Position numbers and translations under genes: made by a program
DNA from: Bacillales bacterium UBA5026
Lineage (GTDB): Bacteria > Bacillota_I > Bacilli_A > RF39 > UBA660
Direction: 5' to 3'
Assembly: GCA_002416285.1 (NCBI GenBank)
Contig: DICM01000034.1
Span: forward strand, 274 to 64,273
DNA: 64,000 bases
Shown: in pieces, positions 63,211-64,000 of the stretch
How positions within the stretch are numbered: the stretch's first letter is position 1
How the letters are laid out: each line of letters opens with the position of its first letter
Notes under the pieces: generated by a model
Told to the model about the DNA's origin: nothing
What the model saw: the letters and a program-made list of their open reading frames with translations, nothing else
Databases searched by the model: none

Positions 63211-63879
63211 TCATCTCTTTTCTAACAAATCAGGACGTCTTTCAATCGTTTTTTTCATACTTTGTTCTAATCGCCAATCAGCAATATTCTTGTGATGACC
63301 AGAGAGTAATACTTCCGGAACTTTCATACCCATAAAGTCGATAGGCTTAGTGTATACCGGATAATCAAGTAAATTGTCATGAAATGAATCTTGAACATGT
63401 GACTCTTCTTCAATTACTCCTTTTAACAGTCTAACAATACTATCTGTAATTACCATAGAAGGCAATTCTCCACCAGTTAATACAAAATCTCCAATACTGA
63501 TTTCCATATCTACCATTGAGCGAATTCTTTCATCAAAACCTTCATAATGTCCACAGAGTAAAATCAAGTGTTTTTCTTTACTTAAATCATATGCCATTTT
63601 TTGTTTGTATGGGATCCCTTGCGGAGTCATCATAATTATTTTGGAGTTTAGACTTTTCAAATCTTCCAAAGCATCAAAGATAGGTTGTGGCATTAAAACC
63701 ATGCCTTTCCCCCCACCGAATCCATAATCATCAACTTTACTATGAGGATCTTTGGAGTAATCTCTTATATTGTGAATACCTATTTCGACAAATTTATTCT
63801 CAATCGCCCTTTTGATGATTGATTCTGTTAGAAACCCACTATACATTTCAGGAAATAACGTCAGAATATCAATCTTCAT
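63211..63879 (-). CDS. trmD: tRNA (guanine37-N1)-methyltransferase
   Basis: MKIDILTLFPEMY, LLCGHYEGFDERI, GDFVLTGGELP. Confidence 0.93.
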   Translation of the reverse strand: MKIDILTLFPEMYSGFLTESIIKRAIENKFVEIGIHNIRDYSKDPHSKVDDYGFGGGKGMVLMPQPIFDALEDLKSLNSKIIMMTPQGIPYKQKMAYDLSKEKHLILLCGHYEGFDERIRSMVDMEISIGDFVLTGGELPSMVITDSIVRLLKGVIEEESHVQDSFHDNLLDYPVYTKPIDFMGMKVPEVLLSGHHKNIADWRLEQSMKKTIERRPDLLEKR

Positions 63880-64000
63880 CAAATAAGCCCTGCATTTCTA
63901 TAAAATAAATCTTGTGATTATCAATATCTATTTTCTCAATAAAAGAATCTAACTTTGGAACATAATAGTGTTTCTCACCTTGAATTTCAAATAAATCATG
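63869..64000 (-). CDS. rimM: 16S rRNA processing protein RimM (C-terminal fragment; 5' end outside the window)
   Basis: Reverse frame reads ...HDLFEIQGEKHYYVPKLDSFIEKIDIDNHKIYFIEMQGLFDED*, a PRC-barrel-like C-terminus overlapping the trmD start as usual. Confidence 0.65.
   Translation of the reverse strand, partial: HDLFEIQGEKHYYVPKLDSFIEKIDIDNHKIYFIEMQGLFDED

Noticed and set aside
1-64000. CRISPR arrays, rRNA operons, IS elements and integrases
   Set aside because: I found no regularly spaced direct repeats, no rRNA-like conserved stretches, no transposase- or integrase-like ORFs other than the housekeeping Xer recombinase, and no terminal inverted repeats.

Overview
AT-rich chromosomal segment from a spore-forming, low-GC Bacillota-type bacterium. 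It carries sigG, a ylmC/ymxH-like gene, gpr, spoIIM and ylbJ; the exact taxon cannot be determined from the sequence alone. Most of the window is core housekeeping: rpsT, mnmA, holA, rarA, xerD-like, sigA-dnaG-trmK, comEA/comEC, rseP, cdsA, lepB, and rimM-trmD-rplS. There are also a tRNA-Met, an ApbE/FMN-binding flavinylation cluster, a two-component system with an FtsX-type ABC transporter, a TetR-controlled heterodimeric ABC exporter, an ArsR/P-type ATPase metal pair, and dispersed type IV pilus/competence-pseudopilus genes. The one accessory region is about 20.3-29.9 kb. A canonical 28-bp Xer/dif site sits at 29121-29148, and the gene-strand bias flips there (mostly + to the left, mostly - to the right), so the window appears to span the replication terminus. 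Directly left of dif lies a 7.8-kb filamentous-phage-like (inovirus/plectrovirus-like) prophage. It is bounded by a hybrid dif-like attL (21336-21363) and the intact dif. It has no integrase, which is the signature of a Xer-exploiting integrative element (IMEX) in a Gram-positive spore former. Several of its key genes, including the coat-like proteins, are under 60 aa and absent from the ORF track. Other points worth a second look are listed here. A G9 tract lies inside a strongly signalled leader uORF upstream of a 546-aa pilin fused to an FGE-sulfatase-like domain. Two genes are broken at simple repeats (an XRE gene at an A7 run, a DUF2726 gene at an (AC)3 run). There are small hydrophobic and Cys-rich peptide genes next to the prophage, GC-rich structured islands inside the prophage, and a 730-bp non-coding stretch right of dif. 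No rRNA genes or CRISPR arrays were seen. All calls rest on reading the sequence and motif recall; no searches were run.
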